NCBI GenBank assembly: GCA_039190745.1
Contig: JBCCXZ010000004.1
Span: 32,001 to 96,000, forward strand
Direction of reading: 5' to 3'
DNA from: Planctomycetota bacterium
GTDB lineage: Bacteria; Planctomycetota; Planctomycetia; Pirellulales; Lacipirellulaceae
DNA: 64,000 bases
The notes under the pieces are model-generated. The model saw nothing but the letters and a program-made list of their open reading frames with translations, searched no databases and was not told where the DNA came from. Made by a program: the position numbers and the translations under genes. The stretch's first letter is position 1, and every line of letters begins with the position of its first letter. Below are positions 18,770 to 28,375 of the stretch, piece after piece.

Positions 18770-21121
18770 GCTCCAACTAGAAGTACATCGCGACTCTGAG
18801 GAGAGCCGCTGGAGGCTGGTGAGGTCGTCTTCGATCAGCCGGTCGAGTGCGTACATGCCGAGGAAGCCGGCCATGCCCACGCCGCTAGCGATCATCAGGT
18901 ACACCTTCTGGGTGTCGCCGTAGGCCACGACGAGCCAGACGCCGAGCATCGGCACGAGCGTGGCTAGGGCGAGGAAGAAGCGGTTCCAGAACCGGACGGT
19001 GCGGACGTCGGAGGGCTGCGGGCAGCTTGTCGCGTTGTTACGGACCAAAGCCGGGATGAAAGTGTGCACTGCCAGCGTCGTCACGAGGAAGTACGGGTAA
19101 GCTGCTCCGATGCAGCCGCAGAGCACCAGCGACAGTACGAAATGGGTGTAGAAGCCTAGTTGCGACTCGATCGGCAGCCCCCAGTTGATGGCGATGGGGA
19201 ACGCGAGCCCAGCGCCGGTCCACATGACGATGCTCAAGAGCGCAACGAACCGGCCGAAGTGCAGCGCGTGGTGCGAGCCCTCGCCGACCTTGCGGGGGTC
19301 GTCGCTGCGGAGCATGTTCGCCACTTTCCGCGCCCGGCCGACGCCGATGAACATGCTCACGGGGAACACCAGCGCGTTGATCACCAACTGCACCTTCTCG
19401 AACCGGGTGTGCAGCTCGGGCACTTCCTGAACGAGCCAGGCTTCGTTGTAGTGGTAGTTGAAGATTCCGGCGAGGACGTTGGGGACCATCGACGCGACCA
19501 CCACCCACAACAGCGGCAGCAAGAGCGCCACGCCGGCAAACCCGCCCTGGGGCTCCTGCATCAGCTTCCAGCTCGTCGGGTCGAGGCAGAGCCGCAGGGC
19601 CGAGGCCAGCTGCTGGGCGTCCTCGTAGCGGTCGGCCTTTACCGGCTGCAGGCAGCGGACGAGCACCTGGCGGAGCGAGTCGGGGCAGTCGGCGGGCAGT
19701 TTTTTGCAGAGCTCGTTCAAGTTCGCCGTGCGGCGGGCGTCGATCATCCGCTGCAGGCCGGCGAGCGAACCGATCTTGGTCGGCTCGTCCGCAAAAGGAC
19801 GGTCGCCGGTGAGCAATTCCCAGAGCATCACGCCGACGGAGTAGATGTCGCTGGCCTCGCGCACCATGCGGGGCGAGCCGCCCAAGAGCGGGTGGCAGGC
19901 CTCGAGCTGCTCGGGCGACATGTAGGCGAGCGAACCGCCGAACGTATCGGCCGGGTCTTCGCCCACCCGGCCGCCGTTGAAGCTGATGTTGAAGTCCGCC
20001 AGCTTCGGTGAACCCTTCGCCCCTAGCAGGACGTTGGCGGGTTTGACGTCGCGGTGCATGACGCCCTTCTCGTGGGCGTAGGCCAGGCCCTCGGCGAGCT
20101 GAGCGCCGATCTCGCAGACGGCCAGCGGCCAGCTGGCTTCCTTGAACCAGCGCCGCTGGGCGGAACCCTCGGGCGGCGCCTGGCCGCGGCTGCCCAGCTT
20201 GGCGTCGACCACCTCGACCACCAGCCGGCCGGAGCGCTGCTTGACGGGCGTGTTTTTGACCGCCGTGAGCAGGTCGCCCAGCGTGCCGCCGGGCACCACT
20301 TCCATGTAAAGCAGCCGGGCCTGCGGGTCGTCGGCGATGCGTTGGTCGAAAACGCGGACGATATTGGGGTGATCGAGCTGCGCGAGCGTCTGCGGTTCGC
20401 TGCCGGTGTGCGCGGAGATTTTTAAGGCGACCAGCCGCTCCATCGACACCTGCCGGGCGAGGAACACCTTGGCGAAGGCTCCCGAGCCGAGCGGGAGCAT
20501 CAGCTCGAAGTCATCCAACACGTCGCCGGGTTTGAGGTGGTCGTAAGGCTTGTCATCGGCCAGCCGGACGTCGGAGACGTGCGCGGGGCCGTCCTCTGCG
20601 GGGCCGGCGAGCGTGCTGCCGAAGTAAATCTCGGTGGGCGAGCCGGAGACCGCCATGCCGCCGACCATCTGCTGCAGCGCCGCGGCGCGGTCGGGGAACC
20701 GCTGGGTCAGCTCGCGCTCGTTTACCGTGTCGCCCGCCTGCATCCGCACCTGCAGCTCCTCGTAGATCAGTTCGACCGGCAGGGCCTCGACCGGGCCGAG
20801 CTGCGGCAGCTCGGCGGCGTAGGTTTCCAGTTTCTTGGGCTCGTGGGCATTGGACCAGCGGTGCTCAAGGTCGACTTTGATCAGTTCGGGGAGGGCGATC
20901 TGGTCGACTTCTGCCATGCCGGTGAGGTACTCGGCTAGCTGAGGCGGCTCCCCGTCTCCGGCAAGGCAGCCCTCCCAGCGGGCGATGACCGCGTCGAGCT
21001 GTTCGGCGACCCGCTCCCAAGCTTGTTCGGTGTCCGATGGCGCAGCAACCGACGCCTGCGGCTGTGCCCGGGTGGCTTCGTCGCTAGAATAGCGGTCGGA
21101 TTGAGGACCTTCGTTGGTCAT
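18767..21121 (-). CDS. Membrane-bound Hanks-type Ser/Thr protein kinase
   Basis: LGSGAFAKV, VALK, HRDVKPAN, DFN, YMSPE; C-terminal TM helices. Confidence 0.92.
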   Translation of the reverse strand: MTNEGPQSDRYSSDEATRAQPQASVAAPSDTEQAWERVAEQLDAVIARWEGCLAGDGEPPQLAEYLTGMAEVDQIALPELIKVDLEHRWSNAHEPKKLETYAAELPQLGPVEALPVELIYEELQVRMQAGDTVNERELTQRFPDRAAALQQMVGGMAVSGSPTEIYFGSTLAGPAEDGPAHVSDVRLADDKPYDHLKPGDVLDDFELMLPLGSGAFAKVFLARQVSMERLVALKISAHTGSEPQTLAQLDHPNIVRVFDQRIADDPQARLLYMEVVPGGTLGDLLTAVKNTPVKQRSGRLVVEVVDAKLGSRGQAPPEGSAQRRWFKEASWPLAVCEIGAQLAEGLAYAHEKGVMHRDVKPANVLLGAKGSPKLADFNISFNGGRVGEDPADTFGGSLAYMSPEQLEACHPLLGGSPRMVREASDIYSVGVMLWELLTGDRPFADEPTKIGSLAGLQRMIDARRTANLNELCKKLPADCPDSLRQVLVRCLQPVKADRYEDAQQLASALRLCLDPTSWKLMQEPQGGFAGVALLLPLLWVVVASMVPNVLAGIFNYHYNEAWLVQEVPELHTRFEKVQLVINALVFPVSMFIGVGRARKVANMLRSDDPRKVGEGSHHALHFGRFVALLSIVMWTGAGLAFPIAINWGLPIESQLGFYTHFVLSLVLCGCIGAAYPYFLVTTLAVHTFIPALVRNNATSCPQPSDVRTVRFWNRFFLALATLVPMLGVWLVVAYGDTQKVYLMIASGVGMAGFLGMYALDRLIEDDLTSLQRLSSESRCTSSWS

Positions 21122-21208
21122 CTGGATCGGCTTCCGCAGCTCGTTGTCGGCCCCTGATTCCCTCTGGCTCGGTAGTGTAAGCGGGAACAAGGCGCGACGG
21201 GGGCAGGC

Positions 21209-21802
21209 ATGTCTGACCATAATACGCAAATTCTTGAGCGGCTACGATCGGGCGACGAATCCGCCCTGGCGGAGTTCTTGCAGGCCAACGAGCACGCCCT
21301 GCTGGCGTTCCTGCGGAAACGCATCGGCCCGCAGCTTGCCCGGAAGGTTGAGCCGGAGGACGTGCTGCAAGACGCCAGCATGGAGGCGGTCCGCTCGCTG
21401 GAGAAAGTGGACCTCTCGAACTGGGACCCGCTCTCCTGGATGTTCCAGATCTGCGAGCGGAAGATCATCGACGCCCACCGCAAGTTTTTTGTGAGCCAGA
21501 AGCGCGACGCCTCCCGCGAGGCGGCCCTGCCGGACGGCACGGGGGCCCCGGGCATCGCCGACCTGCTGGTGGCGAGCATGACCACGCCGAGCGCCGCCTT
21601 CTCCCGCGACCAGAAGCAGCTCCGCATGCTGGCTGCGATCGACACCCTGCCCGAAGAGCAGCGGGAAGCCTTGCGGCTGCGGTATCTGATCGGGCTGAGC
21701 TCGAAGGAAATCGCGGCCAAGCTGGGGAAGAGCGACGGTGCGGTGCGGGTGATGCTCTCCAGGTCTCTGGCAAAGCTCCAGGTCATGCTGGCCGAAGAGT
21801 AG
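21209..21802 (+). CDS. ECF sigma factor (planctomycete type), divergent from the kinase
   Basis: RSGDESALAE, KVEPEDVLQ, SMTTPS, LPEEQREALRLRY, HTH SSKEIA..AVRVMLSR. Confidence 0.9.
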   Translation: MSDHNTQILERLRSGDESALAEFLQANEHALLAFLRKRIGPQLARKVEPEDVLQDASMEAVRSLEKVDLSNWDPLSWMFQICERKIIDAHRKFFVSQKRDASREAALPDGTGAPGIADLLVASMTTPSAAFSRDQKQLRMLAAIDTLPEEQREALRLRYLIGLSSKEIAAKLGKSDGAVRVMLSRSLAKLQVMLAEE

Positions 21803-21807
21803 GCGGT

Positions 21808-22085
21808 GTCGATTCGGATGAAGGAGATGAGGGGATGTTGGGGATGACGGGGGATGAAGAAGAGCAAGTGGCTTGGATTTAGCATCCTGCGGTAATCAAG
21901 ACGGGATCTCAGCGAGAAATTCCTCCCAGGGTCATTTGCTTGCTTCGTTTCTCTTTCCTTTTCTTTTCTTCATATCTATTCGCAACACTCTCTGCGGTAG
22001 TGGGTCTTCTGTGAAGAAAGAGCATCATCGGCAATATCCCCTCTCCATCTCCAACATCCCCCCATCCCCTTCTCTGCAATCCGGC
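21808..22085. repeat. GGGGAT-type periodic inverted-repeat element with a spacer of about 180 bp
   Basis: Left arm GAAGGAGAT-GAGGGGAT-GTTGGGGAT-GACGGGGGAT (21808-21856); complementary right arm 22036-22085; same family as 27501-27710. Confidence 0.85.
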
Positions 22086-22141
22086 CAGCCTAGCGTATTT
22101 TTCTTGAACCCCTTCTGGGGCTCGGCGGCACTACCGTTAGC

Positions 22142-22657
22142 ATGACCGCCGTGAGCGAATGCGTGCACTTCGACCTGGCCACCCTCGTCCGCGACCATCA
22201 GCAGGCCGTGTGGAGGTACCTGCGCTACCTCGGCGCCGACCCGCCGGACGCGGACGACCTGACGCAGGAGACGTTCCTGGCGGTGGCGCGTTCGGAGTTT
22301 GTGGAGCAGAGCCGGGAACAAACGGCCGGCTACCTCCGCACGGTGGCGAGGAACCAACTGCTGATGGCCCGGCGGAAGGCGGGCCGGCGGATCGCGACGG
22401 TCGACCTGGAGGCGGCCGAGGCGGTGTGGGCCGAGACGCCCTCGGCGGGGACCGACCGGTTCTTGAAGGCCTTAAGCGGGTGCATCGAACAGCTCGAGGG
22501 CCGCTCCCGCGAGGCGGTGCAGCGGTTCTACAAGGACGGCGCCGGGCGGGTGGAGATCGCCGAGGCGCTGGGCATGACGCCCGACGGCGTGAAGACGCTC
22601 CTGCGGCGCACGCGGGACGTGCTGCGGCGTTGCGTCGAGCGGAGTGCGAAGGAATGA
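22142..22657 (+). CDS. ECF sigma factor
   Basis: ADDLTQETFL, YLRTVARN, region 4 EIAEALGMTPDGVKTLLRR. Confidence 0.9.
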   Translation: MTAVSECVHFDLATLVRDHQQAVWRYLRYLGADPPDADDLTQETFLAVARSEFVEQSREQTAGYLRTVARNQLLMARRKAGRRIATVDLEAAEAVWAETPSAGTDRFLKALSGCIEQLEGRSREAVQRFYKDGAGRVEIAEALGMTPDGVKTLLRRTRDVLRRCVERSAKE

Positions 22658-22838
22658 CCACGAAAGGCGCGAAAGGGACAAAAGGAACAAAGTGGGAGGA
22701 TGGAGTGGGAGTGGGAGAAAGAAGATTTGGGAACACTAATCCCCGCTAATCTGCGCTAATCCAGATCAGTGAAGATTAGCGCCGATTAGTGTTCTCTCCT
22801 CTTCTCTTCCTCCGTGCTCTCTGTGCCTCTGTGGTTCA
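22655..22838. repeat. Nested element: outer ACCAC-type ~9-bp periodic arms around an inner CTAAT-type 10-bp periodic palindrome
   Basis: Outer arms 22655-22692 and 22809-22838 (loosely complementary); inner GAACACTAATCCCCGCTAATCTGCGCTAATC / GATCAGTGAAGATTAGCGCCGATTAGTGTTC at 22731-22794. Confidence 0.85.
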
Positions 22839-22856
22839 AAAGAACAAGTGATCGCT

Positions 22857-25301
22857 ATGGCTGAAAACAACGAACAACACGACCCGCAGGAGGAGCTCCG
22901 CGATCGGCTGATCGACGGGGCGCTCGAGGAGCTTGTGGGGGGCGTGGCGCCGCCGGACCTTTCGGAACGGGTCCTCGAGGCGGCCGGCGAAGCGGGGCAG
23001 AACACGGGTGCGGAACGGGTTTCTTTCACCGAACCGGAGGGCAAGAAGATGGCGAGCGTGACGACTGGATCGCGGAGTTGGGGTCGGCCATTGGCGGCTT
23101 TTGCGGTCGCGGCGTGCTTGTTGGTGGCCGTGGGCGTGATGAGCGTGCAGCAGGCGGGCGACGGGGTCGAGAACCGAGAAGTCGCGGGCGGGAAACCGTT
23201 GGTGGAAGAGCCGCAGTCGGGCGATTCGCGCACGTCTCGCCTAGGCAATCCGTTGGGCTCGGTTGCCGTGGAAGCCGAGCAGTTTGCTCAGGAAGCAGAT
23301 GGCGGACTGCGGATGATGGTCGAGCCGCGGATTGTCACCAAGAGTGAGCTGGGGGACGGGCTCGCGGTTGTGGAAGGCAGCGAGGCGGCGCCAGTGGCCG
23401 GGAAGCGTCTCGACTTTTCTGCGTCGGGACCGGTTGAAGAGTCGCTCGTCCGCAAGCAGGCCGAACAAGGCCTCGCCGGCCGAGAGAAAACCTCTGCAGG
23501 CGTCCGATTCCGTGTGGACGAATCCCCCGGCCAGGAACTGACCCGCTATCTGGCAGAGTCTTCTCAGGAACCCGCCGCGGCGTCCGTCGCGGTGCTCGAC
23601 GCGGTTCCGGCATCCCCGCCGCTGCCCGCTTCCTCGGCGGCGCCGTCCTTCGGCGCTCCTCTCAATCAACGCAAGTTCGACGACTCCCGCGTGGCGGGGC
23701 GGACGGCTATGGGCCGACGCATGCAACCCGCGCGTGGCGGCGCGATCACCAGCTTTGAAGGGCGCGACGGAACCGGGTTCTCCTTCGGGTTTCAAGGCGT
23801 GGGCGGCGGCGGTCTGGGCGGCGAGTTCGGCGTCGGTCCTGGCAACTCCGGCGACCAGTACGCCCGGATCCACGACAACCCGTTCAAGGCGATCACGCTC
23901 GGCTCGCCGGACAATCGGCTGAGTACGTTCTCGATCGACGTCGACACCGCGGCGTACGCCAACGTGCGGCAGTTCCTTATGCAGGGGCACACGCTGCCGC
24001 CGGCCGACGCGGTGCGGATCGAGGAGATGATCAACTACTTCGACTACGAGTACAGCGGCCCCACGGGCGACGTGCCGTTCGCGGCGAACATGGAGGTGGC
24101 CTCCTGCCCCTGGCAGCCGAAGCACCGGCTGGTGCGGATCGGGCTGAAGGGCCGCGAGCCGCTCGAAACTCGTCAGCAGAAGCGGAAGAACCTGGTGTTC
24201 CTCGTCGACGTGTCGGGCTCGATGAACCAGCAGAACAAGCTGCCGCTGCTGGTGGACGGCATGAAGATGCTCGCCCGCCAGCTGCACGACGAAGACCAAG
24301 TGGCGATCGTCGTCTACGCCGGCAGCGAGGGGCTCGCCCTGGAGAGCACCCCCGGCAGCCAGCGGCAGAAGATCCTCGACACGCTCGGCAACCTGCGGGC
24401 GGGCGGCTCGACCGCGGGCGGCGCCGGCATCACGCTCGCCTACAAGGTGGCCAAGGACCACTTCATCGAGGGCGGCGTGAACCGCGTGATCCTCGCCACC
24501 GACGGCGACTTCAACGTCGGCACGACCAGCACCGCCGAGCTGGAGCGGCTCGCCGAGACCAAGGCCCGCCAGACCGGCGTGTTCCTCACGGTCCTCGGCT
24601 TCGGCCGCGGCAACCTGAACGACGCGATGATGGAGGCCATCTCCGGCAAGGGCAACGGCAACTACCACTACATCGACGGCCTAACCGAGGCCCGCAAGGT
24701 GCTGGTGCACGAGCTGGAAGCGACGCTGGTCACGATCGCGAAGGACGTAAAGATCCAGGTCGAGTTCAACCCGCAGCACGTCGCCGGCTATCGGCTGATC
24801 GGTTATGAGAACCGCGTCCTGGCCGCCGAAGATTTCAACGACGACAAGAAGGACGCGGGCGAAATCGGCGCCGGGCACACGGTGACGGCGCTCTACGAGA
24901 TCGTCCCGGTGGGCGTCGAAGTAAACGCGGCCGGCGTCGACCCGCTGAAGTACGGGGCGACGAAGAAGCCGGCCCCCGAGGCTTCGGCCGAGATCGAGCC
25001 CAGCCCGGAGATGCTCACGCTGAAGATCCGCTACAAGCAGCCGGACGGCGACACGAGCACGAAGCTAGAGTTCCCGCTGACCGACGGCGAGGCGGAGTTC
25101 AAAGACGCCTCAGTGGACTTCAAGTTCGCCTCGGCCGTGGCCGGCTTCGGCATGCTGCTGCGGGGCTCGGAGCACGCGGGCGACGCAACGCTCGACAGCG
25201 TGCTGCAAATCGCCGAGGAGGGCATGAACCGCGACGAGCACGGCTACCGCACGGAGCTGATGCAGCTCATCAAACGGGCGAAGGAGCTCTCGGGGGAGTA
25301 G
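22857..25301 (+). CDS. YfbK-like von Willebrand factor A protein with an N-terminal TM/anti-sigma-like segment
   Basis: STFSIDVDTAAY, EEMINYF, MIDAS DVSGSM, LATDGDFNVG, YRLIGYENR, AGEIGAGHTVTALYE. Confidence 0.88.
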   Translation: MAENNEQHDPQEELRDRLIDGALEELVGGVAPPDLSERVLEAAGEAGQNTGAERVSFTEPEGKKMASVTTGSRSWGRPLAAFAVAACLLVAVGVMSVQQAGDGVENREVAGGKPLVEEPQSGDSRTSRLGNPLGSVAVEAEQFAQEADGGLRMMVEPRIVTKSELGDGLAVVEGSEAAPVAGKRLDFSASGPVEESLVRKQAEQGLAGREKTSAGVRFRVDESPGQELTRYLAESSQEPAAASVAVLDAVPASPPLPASSAAPSFGAPLNQRKFDDSRVAGRTAMGRRMQPARGGAITSFEGRDGTGFSFGFQGVGGGGLGGEFGVGPGNSGDQYARIHDNPFKAITLGSPDNRLSTFSIDVDTAAYANVRQFLMQGHTLPPADAVRIEEMINYFDYEYSGPTGDVPFAANMEVASCPWQPKHRLVRIGLKGREPLETRQQKRKNLVFLVDVSGSMNQQNKLPLLVDGMKMLARQLHDEDQVAIVVYAGSEGLALESTPGSQRQKILDTLGNLRAGGSTAGGAGITLAYKVAKDHFIEGGVNRVILATDGDFNVGTTSTAELERLAETKARQTGVFLTVLGFGRGNLNDAMMEAISGKGNGNYHYIDGLTEARKVLVHELEATLVTIAKDVKIQVEFNPQHVAGYRLIGYENRVLAAEDFNDDKKDAGEIGAGHTVTALYEIVPVGVEVNAAGVDPLKYGATKKPAPEASAEIEPSPEMLTLKIRYKQPDGDTSTKLEFPLTDGEAEFKDASVDFKFASAVAGFGMLLRGSEHAGDATLDSVLQIAEEGMNRDEHGYRTELMQLIKRAKELSGE

Positions 25302-25347
25302 TCTCCGCTGCCGTTCGGGTTGGAGAGACGGGGTTGGAGAAACACCG

Positions 25348-25374
25348 GCCCCGGGCGGCTCGCCCGGGGCTAAA
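25348..25374. repeat. REP-like hairpin ending GGCTA between convergent genes
   Basis: GCCCCGGGCG-GCT-CGCCCGGGGC-TAAA, perfect 10-bp stem. Confidence 0.6.
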
Positions 25375-25395
25375 TGGGTTGGCGGACGCCCATAC

Positions 25396-27486
25396 TTAAC
25401 CGACGTCGCCGAGGTCGAGGGCTTCGCCGTAGCGGTGCATCACCTGGCGTCGTAGGCCGGTGTGGCGGTCGTGCTTCAGGCCGGGGTCTTCGGAGACCAA
25501 CAGCTGCGCCTCGCGGCGGGCTTCTTCCAGGATGTCGGCGTCTCGGCCGAGGTCGGCGATCCGCAGCGGCGGCAGGCCGTGCTGCTGGGTGCCGAACAGG
25601 TCGCCGGGGCCGCGGAGTTTGAAGTCGAGCTCGGCGAGGTCGAAACCGTTGGTGCTTTCGGAGAAGGCTTCGAGCCGTTCCCTGCCTTGCTCGGAGTCGT
25701 CGCCCAGCAGGACGCCGCAGTAACCGGGGTGCTGGCCCCGCCCTACCCTGCCCCGCAGCTGGTGGAGCTGAGCGAGGCCGAACCGCTCGGCGCCGTCGAC
25801 GGTGATCACCGTCGCGTTGGGCACGTCGACGCCCACCTCGATGACGGTGGTGCTCACCAGCACCTGCGTCTCGCCGGCGCGGAAGCGGTCCATCGCGGCT
25901 TGCTTTGTCTCGGCGGGCAGCTTGCCGTGCAGCAGGTCGGTGCGGAACTCTTCCAGCTCGCCGTTGGAGAGCTTCTCGAACGCCTCAGCCACGCTGGGGG
26001 CGGCGATGGCGTGCGACTCCTCGATGAGCGGCGCCACGACATACGCCTGGCGGCCTTCGCGCAGCCGGTCGCGGAGAAACGACCACCACTTCGCTTGGGC
26101 GTGCGGCTCGACGAGGTAGGTGCTCACCTCGCGGCGGCCTTCGGGGAGGGCGTCGAGCACTGAGACGTCGAGGTCGCCGAAGAGGGCCATCGTCACCGTG
26201 CGGGGGATCGGCGTGGCGGTCATCACCAGGTAGTGCGGCGACCGCTCGCCCTGCCGGAGGGCGGCCCGCTGGCGGACGCCGAACTTGTGCTGCTCGTCGA
26301 CGACGACCAGGCCGAGGTTCTTGAACCGCACCGACTCCTGGATCACCGCGTGGGTGCCGAGCACGACGTCGATGGCGCCCGACTCGATGCGGGCGAGCAG
26401 CTCCAGCCGCTCCGACTTGGGCATCCCGCCGGTAAGGGTGGCGTGGCGGACGCGGCTGGCTTCGAGCAGCGAGGCGAGCGTCTTGGCGTGCTGGCGGGCG
26501 AGGATCTCGGTCGGCGCCATCAGCGCGGCTTGCGCCCCGCCGGCGACCGCGGTGAGCATGGCGTACACGGCCACCATGGTCTTGCCGCTGCCGACGTCGC
26601 CCTGCAGCATGCGGTTCATCGGGCGCTCGAGCGCCAGATCGGCAGCCACTTCGGCGATCGCCTTGCTTTGACTGGAGGTGAGCTCGAACGGCATCAGCCG
26701 GCGGATGCGGGCGTCGAGCTTCGCGTCGCACGGCAAGGGCGGGGCGGGCGTTTCGCGCTGGGTCGCGCGGCGGAGGGCGAGCGCGAGCTGCAGGACGAAC
26801 AGTTCTTGGAACACGAAACGTCGTCGGGCGGCGTCGAGCTCCTCTTGGTCCTGCGGGGCGTGGATCAACCGCGTGGCCATCGCGAGCGGCAGGAGTTGGT
26901 AGCGGTCGAGCAGCGCGGGCTCGAAGACCTCCTCCAGCACGTCGGCGTAAGCGGCGGCCGTCTCGCCGACGATCCGCCGCATGTGAAACTGCGACAGCCC
27001 GTCGGTGAGCGGGTAAATGGGCGCTAGCTTGCGGTCGCCGGTGTGCTCCTCGTCGTCGAGGTCGGTCACCTGAGGGTGGGACATCTCCCACATCATGCCC
27101 CGCATCCGCGGCTTGGCCGTGAATAGGACGCGTTTGCCCTTGCTGAATTTCTTCTGCATGAAGGGCTGGTTGAACCAAGTGGCGCGGAGGTGGCCGGTGG
27201 CATCTTCGATCAGCACCGAGACGCGGCCCTTGCCGAAGCCACGCGACGACGAGGCGACCTCGGCAACCGTGCCGACGACGCTCTGCAGGGCGTCTTCTTC
27301 GAGGTCGGCGATGGCGCGGCGGTCGGAGAGGTCCTGGTAGTCGCGGGGGAAGCAGAACAGCAGGTCGGCGACGGTGTGGAGCTTCATCCGCCGCAGATGG
27401 CGGGCTCGGTCGCCGACGTAGGGCAACTCCTGCACGGGCGTGTTCAGCCGCCGGCGGGCATCGGCGTGGGCGTCTTCGGGGTCCAT
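25396..27486 (-). CDS. recG: ATP-dependent DNA helicase RecG
   Basis: QGDVGSGKT, DEQHKFGV, MTATPIPRT, TTVIEVGVDVPNA, LHQLRGRVGRG. Confidence 0.97.
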   Translation of the reverse strand: MDPEDAHADARRRLNTPVQELPYVGDRARHLRRMKLHTVADLLFCFPRDYQDLSDRRAIADLEEDALQSVVGTVAEVASSSRGFGKGRVSVLIEDATGHLRATWFNQPFMQKKFSKGKRVLFTAKPRMRGMMWEMSHPQVTDLDDEEHTGDRKLAPIYPLTDGLSQFHMRRIVGETAAAYADVLEEVFEPALLDRYQLLPLAMATRLIHAPQDQEELDAARRRFVFQELFVLQLALALRRATQRETPAPPLPCDAKLDARIRRLMPFELTSSQSKAIAEVAADLALERPMNRMLQGDVGSGKTMVAVYAMLTAVAGGAQAALMAPTEILARQHAKTLASLLEASRVRHATLTGGMPKSERLELLARIESGAIDVVLGTHAVIQESVRFKNLGLVVVDEQHKFGVRQRAALRQGERSPHYLVMTATPIPRTVTMALFGDLDVSVLDALPEGRREVSTYLVEPHAQAKWWSFLRDRLREGRQAYVVAPLIEESHAIAAPSVAEAFEKLSNGELEEFRTDLLHGKLPAETKQAAMDRFRAGETQVLVSTTVIEVGVDVPNATVITVDGAERFGLAQLHQLRGRVGRGQHPGYCGVLLGDDSEQGRERLEAFSESTNGFDLAELDFKLRGPGDLFGTQQHGLPPLRIADLGRDADILEEARREAQLLVSEDPGLKHDRHTGLRRQVMHRYGEALDLGDVG

Positions 27487-27500
27487 GCCGGAATTGTAGT

Positions 27501-27710
27501 CGAGTCGATTGGAAAAGAAGGGGATGGGGAGATGATGGAGATAGAGGGGGATGAAAGAGAGATAAGATAGCACGGGTTGTAGGAGGCCTCTCTAAGGCCG
27601 ATTCCGTTTTGTGATTGAGACCGATATCGCCCTCAGAGAGGGCTCCTACAGAAGAACTCTATCCCCTTCACCTCCATCATCCCCTTATCTCCTTCCCGTC
27701 AACCGACTCG
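27501..27710. repeat. GGGGAT-type periodic inverted-repeat element enclosing a REP doublet
   Basis: Arms 27501-27552 and 27661-27710 with CGAGTCG/CGACTCG ends. Confidence 0.88.
27578..27650. repeat. GTAG-type REP doublet (REPIN-like)
   Basis: TGTAGGAGGCCTCTCTAAGGCCGAT and its inverted copy ATCGCCCTCAGAGAGGGCTCCTACA match at 22/25; each has an internal palindrome. Confidence 0.85.
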
Positions 27711-27713
27711 GGT

Positions 27714-28169
27714 TCAAAGAAAACGCTGGTAGGCCTCGACGGCTAAGCCGTCCACAAGATCGTTCTCCGTGTGCCCGCTGTGGCCGGCGACGCGGGTGTA
27801 CTTGACCGAGTGCGTGGCGAGCAGTTCGTCGAGGCGGCGCCAGAGTTCCTCGTTCTTCACGGGCACGAGCTTCTTGCCCTCCTTGCGTTTCCAGCCGTTG
27901 GCCTTCCACTTGGGCATCCACTCGCTCATGCCCTTGCCGACGTAGACGCTGTCGGTGAACAGCTCGACGCGGGTGGCGCGCTTCAGGGCGGAGAGCCCCT
28001 CGATGACGCCCAGCAGTTCCATGCGGTTGTTCGTGGTGTGCTCCTCGCCGCCGGAGGCCTGGGTCTCTTTGCCGGAGGCGGGATGGCGGAGCAGGTAGGC
28101 CCAGCCGCCGGGGCCGGGGTTTCCGCTGCAGGCGCCGTCGGTGTAGAGGTGGACTTCGGGGTCGGCCAT
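27714..28169 (-). CDS. rnhA: Ribonuclease HI
   Basis: YTDGACSGNPGPGGW, TTNNRMEL, TDS, VKNEELW, GHSG. Confidence 0.97.
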   Translation of the reverse strand: MADPEVHLYTDGACSGNPGPGGWAYLLRHPASGKETQASGGEEHTTNNRMELLGVIEGLSALKRATRVELFTDSVYVGKGMSEWMPKWKANGWKRKEGKKLVPVKNEELWRRLDELLATHSVKYTRVAGHSGHTENDLVDGLAVEAYQRFL

Positions 28170-28198
28170 TCGGTAGGGAATCCGTTCTGCGGTGCTGG

Positions 28199-28365
28199 TT
28201 TAACCACGGAGACACGGAGTGCACGAAGGAGAGAAAAGCTAAGGGATACTAATTGACGCTAATCCTCACTAATCCGGATTAGTGTAGATCAGTGAAGATT
28301 AATGTTCCCTCTAGCAACTTGCTTCTGGTTCTTCTCCACGTTTCCTCCGTGTCTCTGTGGTGAAA
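28199..28365. repeat. Nested element: outer ACCACGGAG arms around an inner CTAAT palindrome
   Basis: Outer TTTAACCACGGAGACACGGAG.. / ..CTCCGTGTCTCTGTGGTGAAA; inner 28242-28310 centred on AATCCGGATT. Confidence 0.9.
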
Positions 28366-28375
28366 CAATCGGGAA

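Noticed and set aside
21873..22145. 90-aa ORF in the GGGGAT element spacer
   Set aside because: TTG start, low complexity, runs through the repeat arm and shows no coding signal.
27487..27573. N-terminal extension of RecG in the ORF track
   Set aside because: It is a translation of the repeat arm; ATG 27486 is more plausible.
18689..28365. Periodic repeats read as a CRISPR array
   Set aside because: They are inverted arms with short internal periods, not constant direct repeats separated by unique spacers, and there are no cas genes.
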